Shown here: positions 40,205-48,662 of the stretch, piece by piece | Layout: every line of letters starts with the position of its first letter | Numbering within the stretch: position 1 is the stretch's first letter | Virus record (IMG/VR): IMGVR_UViG_3300025407_001324 | Strand: one strand, 5' to 3' | Length of the DNA: 64,000 nt | DNA from: an uncultured virus (IMG/VR IMGVR_UViG_3300025407_001324) | Taxonomy: Duplodnaviria; Heunggongvirae; Uroviricota; Caudoviricetes | Translations under genes and position numbers: made by a program | Notes under the pieces: generated by a model | Seen by the model: the letters and a program-made list of their open reading frames with translations, nothing else | The model's database searches: none | What the model was told of the DNA's origin: nothing

Positions 40205-40210
40205 GAGTTT

Positions 40211-40390
40211 ATAGTAAAGTTCACTAGTATTTTGTTTCGAACGTCCCGGTCAATGGGAGCCAACGTCTTCACGTTACATATTCATCTAATGAACTTTACT
40301 ATGACAGATTTTTTTATCTACAAGAAGATAAGCCATCCCTGTCTCCGCCCGTTCTAGCTATTTATAGTGTGCTAAGGACCTCGTTTCCTT
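40211..40390 (-). ncRNA. Candidate structured RNA(s)
   Basis: 17-bp closing stem (40211-40227/40286-40302) and two further hairpins at 40303-40381; no ORF. Confidence 0.5.
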
Positions 40391-40403
40391 TTTTTCACTT
40401 TGA

Positions 40404-40556
40404 TTAATCTTTTGATAATTTCTTATCTTTTTCCATAATCTCTTTTAATAAAGCTTCTGCTCGTTTGAGCTTTTCTTCAATTAACTTTGCTCTCTTTTCA
40501 GGAGTCAAAGTATGCTCTTGCAAAAACTTTTGTTGTCTAATTAAATTTTTGTTCAC
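40404..40556 (-). CDS. 50-aa charged helical protein downstream of the attenuator
   Basis: AAGGAG RBS, GTG; MNKNLIRQQKFLQEHTLTPEKRAKLIEEKLKRAEALLKEIMEKDKKLSKD. Confidence 0.7.
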   Translation of the reverse strand: MNKNLIRQQKFLQEHTLTPEKRAKLIEEKLKRAEALLKEIMEKDKKLSKD

Positions 40557-40571
40557 AGTTTTCTCCTTTAC

Positions 40572-40608
40572 AAAAACAAAAACCCCAGGGTTTTTAGTCC
40601 TGGGGTTT
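40572..40608 (-). terminator. Intrinsic terminator of the attenuator
   Basis: AAACCCCAGG-N9-CCTGGGGTTT followed by TTGTTTTT. Confidence 0.85.
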
Positions 40609-40648
40609 AAGTTAAAATACTTTAATAGAATATGTTAACTTAAACCCC
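40602..40648 (-). promoter_or_regulatory. Antiterminator hairpin
   Basis: Perfect 14-bp GGGGTTTAAGTTAA/TTAACTTAAACCCC; overlaps the terminator 5' arm and the leader stop codon. Confidence 0.8.
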
Positions 40649-40778
40649 TGCTTGGTAAACGATCTGAACTATTAATCTCTGTTGCAGATGTCATAGACCA
40701 ATAGGCTACTACGCCACCCAGACTTAGTTTGGGTTGTTGGTTTTGTCTGCACAAATGATTAAAAGTGTTAGTCATCAT
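40635..40778 (-). CDS. 47-aa leader peptide containing all 20 amino acids
   Basis: MMTNTFNHLCRQNQQPKLSLGGVVAYWSMTSATEINSSDRLPSRGLS*. Confidence 0.7.
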   Translation of the reverse strand: MMTNTFNHLCRQNQQPKLSLGGVVAYWSMTSATEINSSDRLPSRGLS

Positions 40779-40785
40779 AGTATCT

Positions 40786-40814
40786 ATTATATTTTATTTA
40801 GTCTTGATTGTCAA
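40786..40814 (-). promoter_or_regulatory. Consensus sigma70 promoter with nested TAAATA
   Basis: TTGACA-N17-TATAAT, 7 nt before the leader ATG. Confidence 0.85.
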
Positions 40815-40855
40815 TGATTTTGGATAAATGGTGGAAAGAATTAAAAGATTATTTG

Positions 40856-40927
40856 TGCGACCTACTGGATTCGAACCAGTCCCGTAAGAATTATGAGTTC
40901 TCGGCACTACCGCTATGCTAAAGTCGC
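40856..40927 (-). tRNA. tRNA-CAT without encoded CCA
   Basis: Cloverleaf, loop CTCATAA; flanks extend the acceptor helix. Confidence 0.8.
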
Positions 40928-40947
40928 ACAAATAATCCTTGTCGGAT

Positions 40948-41862
40948 TTAAGTTACCAGCGCATTAAACTTTTTACTCATCTTAAAAAACATATCTCTGT
41001 CACGTTCAATTAAGATGCAATTTCTATTTCTACGTTCAGCAGCAACACCTGTGCTGCCACTGCCCGCAAATGTATCCAATACCGTGTCGTTTTCATTACT
41101 TAGCAGTTCAATAAAGTACTCTAATAATTCCACTGGCTTTTCAGTTGGATGAATCTTATTCTTTCCCAATCCGCCACTATAAGTGATAGTGTTGGGAATT
41201 ACACATTGTACATTACCTTTATCTCGCTTACGATCACGTAACATTGTTTTTGCTTCTGCCAATGCTTGTGCAAAGATTCGTTCCAAGTTGGCTTCAGCGT
41301 CTGTTTCTTTTGCTAACTTGTAGACAATGCTACTGATTTTATCAGCAGCCGCATAACGCTCAACAATAGTGCCAGGAGCTGCATCTGCATTAAATGTACG
41401 CTTACCTCCGGGTTTGATTCCCCACAGGATATACTCACAAGCACTTACCGGATTTACCTGTCGATTGAATGGAACTGCTGCAGGCTTTTTCCAAGTCCAA
41501 ACACGTTTAGGTTCAAACCCTGCACGCTCCATACTTTTCCACAAGTAACTGACATATTGGTCACTGATGAATACAGCAAAGCTAGCACCTTTACGCAACT
41601 TTGAGAACCACATTTCACTCCAAGAGTCAAGTTGACTTAGAAATTCATCGTGCTCAACATCATCCCAATTTTCAGCAAAGTCTTTGCTGAAGTTTTGATT
41701 GTGTATTGTAGTTTTGTTTAGGCCAGTGGCTTTGTCAATCCAAACAGGCTCAGCTCCACCACCACTGATATTGTAGGGAGGATCTGTTAACAGTAAGTCA
41801 ATACTAAGATCTGGAATTTCATAGGCGACTTCTATGCAATCACCGTTAATGCGTGTAATCAT
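40948..41862 (-). CDS. Beta-class N6A/N4C DNA methyltransferase
   Basis: TDPPY, HPTEKP, DTFAGSGSTG; perfect TTGACA-N17-TATAAT at 41869-41897. Confidence 0.9.
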   Translation of the reverse strand: MITRINGDCIEVAYEIPDLSIDLLLTDPPYNISGGGAEPVWIDKATGLNKTTIHNQNFSKDFAENWDDVEHDEFLSQLDSWSEMWFSKLRKGASFAVFISDQYVSYLWKSMERAGFEPKRVWTWKKPAAVPFNRQVNPVSACEYILWGIKPGGKRTFNADAAPGTIVERYAAADKISSIVYKLAKETDAEANLERIFAQALAEAKTMLRDRKRDKGNVQCVIPNTITYSGGLGKNKIHPTEKPVELLEYFIELLSNENDTVLDTFAGSGSTGVAAERRNRNCILIERDRDMFFKMSKKFNALVT

Positions 41863-41893
41863 ATGAGTATTATAGCAGAGATTGTATTAAATG

Positions 41894-43426
41894 TCAATAC
41901 ACTATCATAAAGCCAGGTAAATTATTTCCTGGTAAATGACTTGGTGCGTGATATTGGAATTTGAACTTCAATTCACTGAATGGCTTGGTAGAAACAACCA
42001 AACCGCCGCTGTCTGTTATGTCCAATCTTCCCAAAGACGCTGAACTTTGGTTGACCACGTTGGTCATCATATGAGCATAATCGTCGGCATCTGGGCCACG
42101 AGTGACTGCGTTAAGTGTTGCAACTCCCAACATATAAGTTACTATGTTGGCCGCAGCTTCTAGAGGATCAGCACGGAAACTGGGATAGCCTGCGGTTTTT
42201 TCGATTGGTTCATCTGAACCTTTTTCGTCTTTGCTTTTGGTCTTGGTCTTGTTTCCCATATAGCGATTGCCGTCTTGTGGTAGCCCAACTGGTTTTCCCC
42301 AACCGCCGGCAGTCATACTGGGGTAAACCCAATTCAAAAACTTTGTGTATGCATCTGTACTTTTGTCAGTTGGGTCTACAACTTTTGCCAAAATGGCTTT
42401 AAGATTTTCAAAATTAATGTCACCGCTAATTTTTTTGCCCAAAGACGATGTCAGTTTTTTAAGTTCTGGAACCTGAATCAATTGGGCTGCACGAAGAATT
42501 TTGTCTTTGTTGGAGCCGCCTGATTTAGGATGGTAGCCTTTGAATAACGCAAACAATTTTTCTTGTTTAGTATCTTTCTCAACAGTCTTTTCAAAGTTAT
42601 CCATTAAATCACTGATACTGCGAAAACTAGTACCCGAACCTGTTAAGCTCTTGACACTATAATTAACCTTGTTGACAATCACGTCAATCAATGGGAAGTT
42701 TCCATCTGCAGGGAATTCAATTTCTTGATCATTTTCTGCAATCAGTATAGGAGCAAGTATTTCACCAAAGTCCACGCTAAGTTGATTGCGTGCTCTACCG
42801 CTTAAATTTTGATTAACTGCTGGAGGTAGTGTACCTTTGCCACCGTTGGCTGCAACATCAATCAGCCCCAACAAAATCTGTTGTAGATCTTTGCGAGTTT
42901 TGGTTTTTTCAGCTACTGCTTGTTGAGCAGCTTGGATCAATGTGTCTTTTGTATACTTACGGCCTGCTAGTCCCAAACTAGTAGGAGTAAATTCTTTAAT
43001 GCTAACACCAACACCAGTTTCTTCTTCTTTACCAGAACTGGCTACAACCAATGTATAGATAACAGTTTGTGCATTGGTTTTTGTTTGTGGTACTTTGTGT
43101 TGTTTATTTTGAGCAATAGGCTCAATGTGTCTACTACTGGTTTGATAACTTAAAATATTATTGCGATACTTTGCGCTAATGCCTGCTTGTTCAGGCTCTA
43201 ACGGCAATTGGTCAAGACCTTGTGCTCTAAAGTAATCAACGATAGCTTGCTTGTCTGCGTTAAAAATACGAATATAAATTACTTCACTAGTAGATTTCTT
43301 TTCAACACTAAATCTATACTCTGGTAATTGGGCAGATAGCTTTTGGGAAAGAATATTCATCTCTGCTCTGGTTGCATATCTTGCATCCACTGCCAAATCT
43401 TCTGTAATGATGTCGGTAATTCTCAT
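41894..43426 (-). CDS. Possible PD-(D/E)xK nuclease-like protein
   Basis: DFGEIL...GNFPLIDV...YSVKS; N-terminus MRITDIITE. Confidence 0.5.
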   Translation of the reverse strand: MRITDIITEDLAVDARYATRAEMNILSQKLSAQLPEYRFSVEKKSTSEVIYIRIFNADKQAIVDYFRAQGLDQLPLEPEQAGISAKYRNNILSYQTSSRHIEPIAQNKQHKVPQTKTNAQTVIYTLVVASSGKEEETGVGVSIKEFTPTSLGLAGRKYTKDTLIQAAQQAVAEKTKTRKDLQQILLGLIDVAANGGKGTLPPAVNQNLSGRARNQLSVDFGEILAPILIAENDQEIEFPADGNFPLIDVIVNKVNYSVKSLTGSGTSFRSISDLMDNFEKTVEKDTKQEKLFALFKGYHPKSGGSNKDKILRAAQLIQVPELKKLTSSLGKKISGDINFENLKAILAKVVDPTDKSTDAYTKFLNWVYPSMTAGGWGKPVGLPQDGNRYMGNKTKTKSKDEKGSDEPIEKTAGYPSFRADPLEAAANIVTYMLGVATLNAVTRGPDADDYAHMMTNVVNQSSASLGRLDITDSGGLVVSTKPFSELKFKFQYHAPSHLPGNNLPGFMIVY

Positions 43427-43587
43427 ATTTTTCACGGTTATATCCTATTTAGTTAATAAAAACAAATTATAGCACAAAGATTTAGCCATATTCAATAGCT
43501 ATGCATAAATCGTTGTGTTATACTAACATCAGTATAAATACTATTAGTAGAAACCATTAGTTTTTACTATAACAAGGAAAACACACA

Positions 43588-43737
43588 ATGTTACACTTAA
43601 TCAATAAACTTAAAAAACTATTAAACACTCCAACGGCAATGGAAGCATATATTGCCAGCAAAAACCCAAGTTCACCTGCAGAAGTTGAATTTTGGTTACG
43701 TCATTATGATCAACAAAGATACGGCGGTCTAGTATGA
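43588..43737 (+). CDS. 49-aa protein (DUF3563-like)
   Basis: AAGGA RBS; EAYIASKNPSSPAEVEFWLRHYD. Confidence 0.65.
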   Translation: MLHLINKLKKLLNTPTAMEAYIASKNPSSPAEVEFWLRHYDQQRYGGLV

Positions 43738-43829
43738 ATGATGAATTATTTGTTGCAACCATGAAAGTTCTGACCTATACACTATTAGCGTTAGCACTTG
43801 GTTTAACATTAACTGTTTTATCAAAATAA
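43734..43829 (+). CDS. 31-aa membrane microprotein
   Basis: ATGA overlap; hydrophobic C-terminal half. Confidence 0.5.
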   Translation: MNDELFVATMKVLTYTLLALALGLTLTVLSK

Positions 43830-43840
43830 GGAATAATATT

Positions 43841-43945
43841 ATGAACACAATTAAATCTTTTTTCAAAACAATGTTAGAATCTATTATCGAAGCTCGTAAA
43901 GCTCGTGCGGATCAGTTGGTAAGTAGTTTGCATAACGGAAAGTAA
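43841..43945 (+). CDS. 34-aa microprotein
   Basis: TAAGGA RBS; MNTIKSFFKTMLESIIEARKARADQLVSSLHNGK. Confidence 0.6.
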   Translation: MNTIKSFFKTMLESIIEARKARADQLVSSLHNGK

Positions 43946-43948
43946 TCA

Positions 43949-44053
43949 ATGATTCAAGCAATCAACAAAATCAGTCAAATTGAAGAATTTGGTGTTAAAT
44001 TTGCAATCACTTGTCTTATTTTAGTGTTAGCATATACTATAGCATCAGCATGA
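43949..44053 (+). CDS. 34-aa membrane microprotein
   Basis: Ends in an ATGA overlap with the next gene; hydrophobic tail. Confidence 0.5.
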   Translation: MIQAINKISQIEEFGVKFAITCLILVLAYTIASA

Positions 44054-44403
44054 AATATCTTATCAAAGGAATAACTATTGCTGGTGCAATTTTTAGGCCC
44101 AGTGATTGGAGTGATAGACTGTGTTCGGTTGTAGCACATTATCGCCCTAATGCACAAAAGATCACTAACATTAAAAATCCAGGTTATTCAGTGTATGTTA
44201 TGCCTACGGTAATAGATCAGATCAAATGTGTTATTTTAGACACTAAACTCAACGATATCGAACCGTTGGCGTTTGATTTTGTACTAAATTTTGCACAAGA
44301 TAACCACTTAACTATAGTAAAAGACTATGGCAGTATTATTGTAGAGACTGCAGATTCAACTAAATATTTTTATGATAACAACCAGATTCCTGTCACAAAC
44401 TGA
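44050..44403 (+). CDS. DUF3579-like protein
   Basis: GITIAG.IFRPSDWSDRL...EPLAFDFVLNFAQDN. Confidence 0.75.
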   Translation: MKYLIKGITIAGAIFRPSDWSDRLCSVVAHYRPNAQKITNIKNPGYSVYVMPTVIDQIKCVILDTKLNDIEPLAFDFVLNFAQDNHLTIVKDYGSIIVETADSTKYFYDNNQIPVTN

Positions 44404-44944
44404 ATATTACTTATACGCAGATTGGCTTAAAGAACAAGACGAAGAAACCATTCGAATGTTCTTTGGCTTGCCTGTAACTGATTACTTTATTGATCACTTG
44501 GTAGAAGGATTTGTAAAGAATCCCGAGCAAAACTATTTTTTAGTTGCCGAAAGAAATAAAGTATGGATTGGTGCAGTACATATTGCAGTAGTCAACGAAA
44601 CAGAAGTTGAATTTGGTATTATTGTTAACGGTGCCAATCGCAAACAAGGTATTGCAGATCAATTGATGGAAGAAGCAATTGTGTGGGCACGTAACAGAGG
44701 CTACAGTCATTTGTTTATGCATTGTTTGACTTGGAACAAGGCCATTCGCCACTTATGTGAAAAGCATAGTCTCGAAGTTAAGAACTTTACCAGTGGTACT
44801 GAGACTGAAAGTCGTTGCAAATTGCCTCCTGCAACATTGACTAGCGTAGGACAAGAGTATGCATTTAAGCATCGCAACTTATATAGATTAATCCTACAGA
44901 GTCAAGAAGAAATGTTTGGCTTATTAATGCCCGGTAGCCACTGA
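44372..44944 (+). CDS. GNAT acetyltransferase
   Basis: EFGIIV...RKQGIADQLM...WARNRG...N.AIRHL. Confidence 0.85.
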   Translation: MITTRFLSQTEYYLYADWLKEQDEETIRMFFGLPVTDYFIDHLVEGFVKNPEQNYFLVAERNKVWIGAVHIAVVNETEVEFGIIVNGANRKQGIADQLMEEAIVWARNRGYSHLFMHCLTWNKAIRHLCEKHSLEVKNFTSGTETESRCKLPPATLTSVGQEYAFKHRNLYRLILQSQEEMFGLLMPGSH

Positions 44945-45703
44945 CATTGATATACGTTCGATATCTTCTTCAACACAATTCTCACCGTATTGAATCTCGA
45001 TAATCTTTAATGGTGCACTGGTCTCATTGGCCAACTGGTGCCATTCAGTACGATTGATATGTATGTGTTCAAATGTATCAAACACTCCCAATAGTTCTGT
45101 ATCTGTACTGCGATTGACAGTATATACTGTGGCAGTACCTTCTGCTACGAACCAATGTTCCGCACGGTCACTGTGACGTTGCATACTTAAATATTTTCCC
45201 GGAGCTACAGTTAATTCTTTAAGTTTAACTTGCTTGCCATTTTCGTGCAGTACTCGATAGTATCCCCAAGTACGATTTGTTTTGGGTGCTTTCCATTCTT
45301 GTAATATCCAACTACTGCTGTTGGCTTTGTCTTCTCCACCTACTCCAAATACAAATTCTACATCGTCGAAAATCATTTCAGGAATGTTTTCTTTAGTACG
45401 GTCTCCGCCGTTTGCAAAAATAATTTCAGCGTCGGGATATTCAGCACGAACTTTACGAATAGCATCACAAGCAGTATTATCGTCATCGCTAAAGTTGATT
45501 ACATAATCAACCATTGATAGATTATCAATTATACAGGCTCGCTCTTGGAATGGCATAAATGCCCGACCTTTTTTACGCTCAAGCCAAGCATCGGAATTAA
45601 TTCCTACGATCAGCATATCGCCCAATGTTTTTGAAGCTTTAAGTAATTTGATATGTCCACTGTGGACTGGGTCAAACCCCCCGGTGCATAATACTATTTT
45701 CAT
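44924..45703 (-). CDS. Cytidylyltransferase-like plus mannose-6-phosphate isomerase-type cupin fusion
   Basis: TGGFDPVHSGH, NGGDR; WGYY...LSMQRH..RAEHW...IIEIQYG. Confidence 0.85.
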   Translation of the reverse strand: MKIVLCTGGFDPVHSGHIKLLKASKTLGDMLIVGINSDAWLERKKGRAFMPFQERACIIDNLSMVDYVINFSDDDNTACDAIRKVRAEYPDAEIIFANGGDRTKENIPEMIFDDVEFVFGVGGEDKANSSSWILQEWKAPKTNRTWGYYRVLHENGKQVKLKELTVAPGKYLSMQRHSDRAEHWFVAEGTATVYTVNRSTDTELLGVFDTFEHIHINRTEWHQLANETSAPLKIIEIQYGENCVEEDIERISMSVATGH

Positions 45704-45711
45704 ATTATTAC

Positions 45712-46164
45712 TTATAGTGTAATATCTTCCATACCTGCAGTTCTGAGTCGAGCAACGTGACCTATCATAAAGTTCTTGCTTTCAAGACCCTTCATTAAGC
45801 CCAGCCATTTGTTTCTAATCAGTGCTACTTCGTTGATAATAGTTTCAAAGTCAATGACTTCATCTTCGCCGTCTACATACTTTTCAGCATCGCGACTTGT
45901 AAGTGCTCGGGCATAGCCTTCAAGGTATTTTTGAAAGTGTTTCTTACGAATCTTTCGTAATTGAATATTCAAAAAGTTTAATACAGCTTCAATTTCTTGA
46001 AGCTGATTAAATCTCTGTTCAGTTATACCAGGCAAAGCTGCAATATTTTTTTCCAAGTGACCTTTAACCGAGCAATCGTATTTGGCTTCGATTAGCTCGT
46101 TTTCGTAATAGTCAATGAAGGCGGGAATATTTCCCAAGTCGGCAACAACTTTGTTGTACCACAT
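45712..46164 (-). CDS. uvsY: UvsY-like recombination mediator
   Basis: YLEGYARALTSRDAEKYVDGE; adjacent to uvsX. Confidence 0.65.
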   Translation of the reverse strand: MWYNKVVADLGNIPAFIDYYENELIEAKYDCSVKGHLEKNIAALPGITEQRFNQLQEIEAVLNFLNIQLRKIRKKHFQKYLEGYARALTSRDAEKYVDGEDEVIDFETIINEVALIRNKWLGLMKGLESKNFMIGHVARLRTAGMEDITL

Positions 46165-46166
46165 GG

Positions 46167-46391
46167 TTATTCTTCGTAGTCTTCGTAATCTTCGTCATCG
46201 CCATCGGCGTATTCTTCAAAGCTTTTCTTAGTATACGAGTCTGTACCACCAAAATCTTTAAGATCCTTGTCGCTTAAAAAGTCAACAAGAATACTCATAA
46301 GATTATCACTGGCCTCTTGACGGTCTTTTTGTGGAATATACTGCTTTAGTGTGCTGTATACTTCGCCTAATACATCTACTTCGATTGTCAT
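46167..46391 (-). CDS. Hypothetical protein
   Basis: Coupled to uvsX. Confidence 0.7.
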   Translation of the reverse strand: MTIEVDVLGEVYSTLKQYIPQKDRQEASDNLMSILVDFLSDKDLKDFGGTDSYTKKSFEEYADGDDEDYEDYEE

Positions 46392-47461
46392 TCTACTGAT
46401 TCCTCTTCAGGTTGTACAGCTTCTTCAGTTTGTGTTTGATGCGGATGTGCAGTAAAGTCGGCCATTACACGATCTAAACTACCATCTTCATTACGTTCCC
46501 AAGCCTTGCGAAACTGTTTAATAACTGTCCCATCTACTAGTGTATATTTAAGACTATTCCCTTCTTTTGCCAATAAACCTTTACCCTCAAACATATCAAC
46601 CAATCCTGAGTAAGGATTCATTCCTGTTTCGTAAGGGATTTTAACTTGTACTGATTCAAAAGGTTTGGCATAACGGGTTTTCATAATCTTACAAGCAGCA
46701 CGAATACCTTTTACTTCACTTACTTTGTTACCATCTTCGTCCTCTTTGAGCTTTAACTTACGCATAGCAACTACGATACTGCTGGCATAGATAAAGCCTT
46801 GACCACCTGAAATCTTGTCATCTGGGTCAAACATATCTTGACTTGCATAAGTGTGGTTAGTTGCTACTAGGCCGATATTCAAACTACCAAACATATTAAC
46901 ACAGTTACGAACCAATGCAGTGAGTGCTTTAGGCTTACGGCCCATATCACCTTTTAAGTCACCTGCTTCAAACTGGTTAACATCAGTTGGAGTCAATAGC
47001 ATACCTAAACTGTCCAACACAATCAAAACTTTTGGACGATCTGTTTCTGGAAGTGTTTTATACTCTTTAACAAACTCTGTAATCATTTTAGCCACATCAT
47101 CAATCATTGCCATATTGAGTTTAAGCAACTTATCTTCGCTGGTATCAACGCCTAATGCGTGTAACCATTTTTCATCTAATGCGTTTTCTGTATCAATCAA
47201 GATAGGATAAATTCCTTGTTCTTGCGCATTTTTAATTAAATTACCGCTACAGATAAAACTTTTACCTGCTCCGGATTCTCCTGCAAAAACTGTAACCTTA
47301 CCCATTGGAATTCCTTTATGGAAGTCTCCACTGATAAGATAGTTTAATGCATAGTTGTTGGTACTGATCCAATCGGTAGGATCATTAAATCCCATACTAA
47401 TACCATCAATTGATTTTGTGATATTTTTTCTAAATTTGGAAATGTCGAAAGGCTTAGCCAT
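46388..47461 (-). CDS. uvsX: RecA/UvsX recombinase
   Basis: GESGAGKS, IDTENA, LDSLG, SGG.G..YASS. Confidence 0.9.
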   Translation of the reverse strand: MAKPFDISKFRKNITKSIDGISMGFNDPTDWISTNNYALNYLISGDFHKGIPMGKVTVFAGESGAGKSFICSGNLIKNAQEQGIYPILIDTENALDEKWLHALGVDTSEDKLLKLNMAMIDDVAKMITEFVKEYKTLPETDRPKVLIVLDSLGMLLTPTDVNQFEAGDLKGDMGRKPKALTALVRNCVNMFGSLNIGLVATNHTYASQDMFDPDDKISGGQGFIYASSIVVAMRKLKLKEDEDGNKVSEVKGIRAACKIMKTRYAKPFESVQVKIPYETGMNPYSGLVDMFEGKGLLAKEGNSLKYTLVDGTVIKQFRKAWERNEDGSLDRVMADFTAHPHQTQTEEAVQPEEESVE

Positions 47462-47485
47462 ATTATTGTTCTTTCATTGAAAATT

Positions 47486-47509
47486 GGACAGGGACCGTGA
47501 GCCCTGTCC
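47486..47509 (-). terminator. Hairpin/terminator after gp32
   Basis: GGACAGGG-N8-CCCTGTCC. Confidence 0.55.
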
Positions 47510-47527
47510 TGACACAAGCACAGCTAA

Positions 47528-48529
47528 TTACTGTTTACGGTTTCTGATCATTGCCAAAATGTCTTCTGCACGTTGGCTACTGGGTTTGGCAGCTGTTACT
47601 GGAGCAACTGCTTCTGCCACTACATCGTCTGCATCAAACGGAGCATCATCTGACTCTGCTACTGGAGCAGGTGCAGCTTTTGCTACTGGGGCAGGTGCCG
47701 CAACTGGTGTTGCTGCTGGTGCAGCTGAATTACCTGCACTATTCAAACCTGCTGGCTTGTAATAGTTGGCCCAACGATCTGGATCATATGCTTCGCCATC
47801 AACGCTTGCTTCAAACATTTCTTTGATGATTTTAAGCTCAGCATCACTGGGTTTCTTGGGTAAGAAATCAGCCAAGTTGTACAAACCAAATTGTTCAACT
47901 GCTTTCAATTCATCAGTAGTCAATGCACTTTCTCTACGTGCCCAACTAGAAGTTGAATAATCAGCATAACCGCCTTTGCTGGTTTTCTTAACGTTAAAGT
48001 CAAGTCCGCCTTCGTAGTCTGTTGGCAAGTTTTCCAATTCTGGATCCATCAACGCATTTTTAACAATGTTAAAAATTTGTGGACTGATAACAAATCTACG
48101 GATTGGATTGTCTGTAGCCTTTTCATCGGAGATAGGATTATCTCTTACAAAGCCTTGGAACAAATAAGATTTTTTCTTCCAATACTTACGACCCATTTCT
48201 TCCAATGAAGAATCCTTAAACCAAGTACGAACTTCTGCCAAGATTGGGCAAGCTTCGCCCCACATCTCAACGCAAGGAACTTGTACAAAAGTTGGTTTAC
48301 TATCCGCTTGTCCTTTGATGCCAGCAAATGGCAATTTAATCATGAGTCTTTCAACCCAGAAAAAACTGTTACTTGCGTTTGCGTCTGGAAGGAATCTAAT
48401 ACGAGCTGTTGTATTTTCGGGAATGTTCCAATGGGCGTAAATGCCATTGTCTCCACCTGATTGGTTGTTACTACCACGTGTCTCTTGTGCTTGTAATTTT
48501 GCACGAATTTCTGCTAAAGATGTTGCCAT
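47528..48529 (-). CDS. ssDNA-binding protein (gp32-like)
   Basis: IRFLPD, CPI, KGGYADYSTS; acidic, Ala-rich tail. Confidence 0.85.
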   Translation of the reverse strand: MATSLAEIRAKLQAQETRGSNNQSGGDNGIYAHWNIPENTTARIRFLPDANASNSFFWVERLMIKLPFAGIKGQADSKPTFVQVPCVEMWGEACPILAEVRTWFKDSSLEEMGRKYWKKKSYLFQGFVRDNPISDEKATDNPIRRFVISPQIFNIVKNALMDPELENLPTDYEGGLDFNVKKTSKGGYADYSTSSWARRESALTTDELKAVEQFGLYNLADFLPKKPSDAELKIIKEMFEASVDGEAYDPDRWANYYKPAGLNSAGNSAAPAATPVAAPAPVAKAAPAPVAESDDAPFDADDVVAEAVAPVTAAKPSSQRAEDILAMIRNRKQ

Positions 48530-48662
48530 AATGTTCTCCTATAATTTAAGATGGTCTTTGTTTTTGCTTAGATATACTACGCATTTGAATAGTATAACAC
48601 ATTTATTTATGCAGTCAACAAAAAAGGACAGAATTTCTGTCCTTTGGTTGAATTAGTTTAAT

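Noticed and set aside
40303..40390. Hammerhead ribozyme or known riboswitch suggested by GAAAC
   Set aside because: No CUGANGA core or recognisable aptamer consensus; kept only as an unknown RNA.
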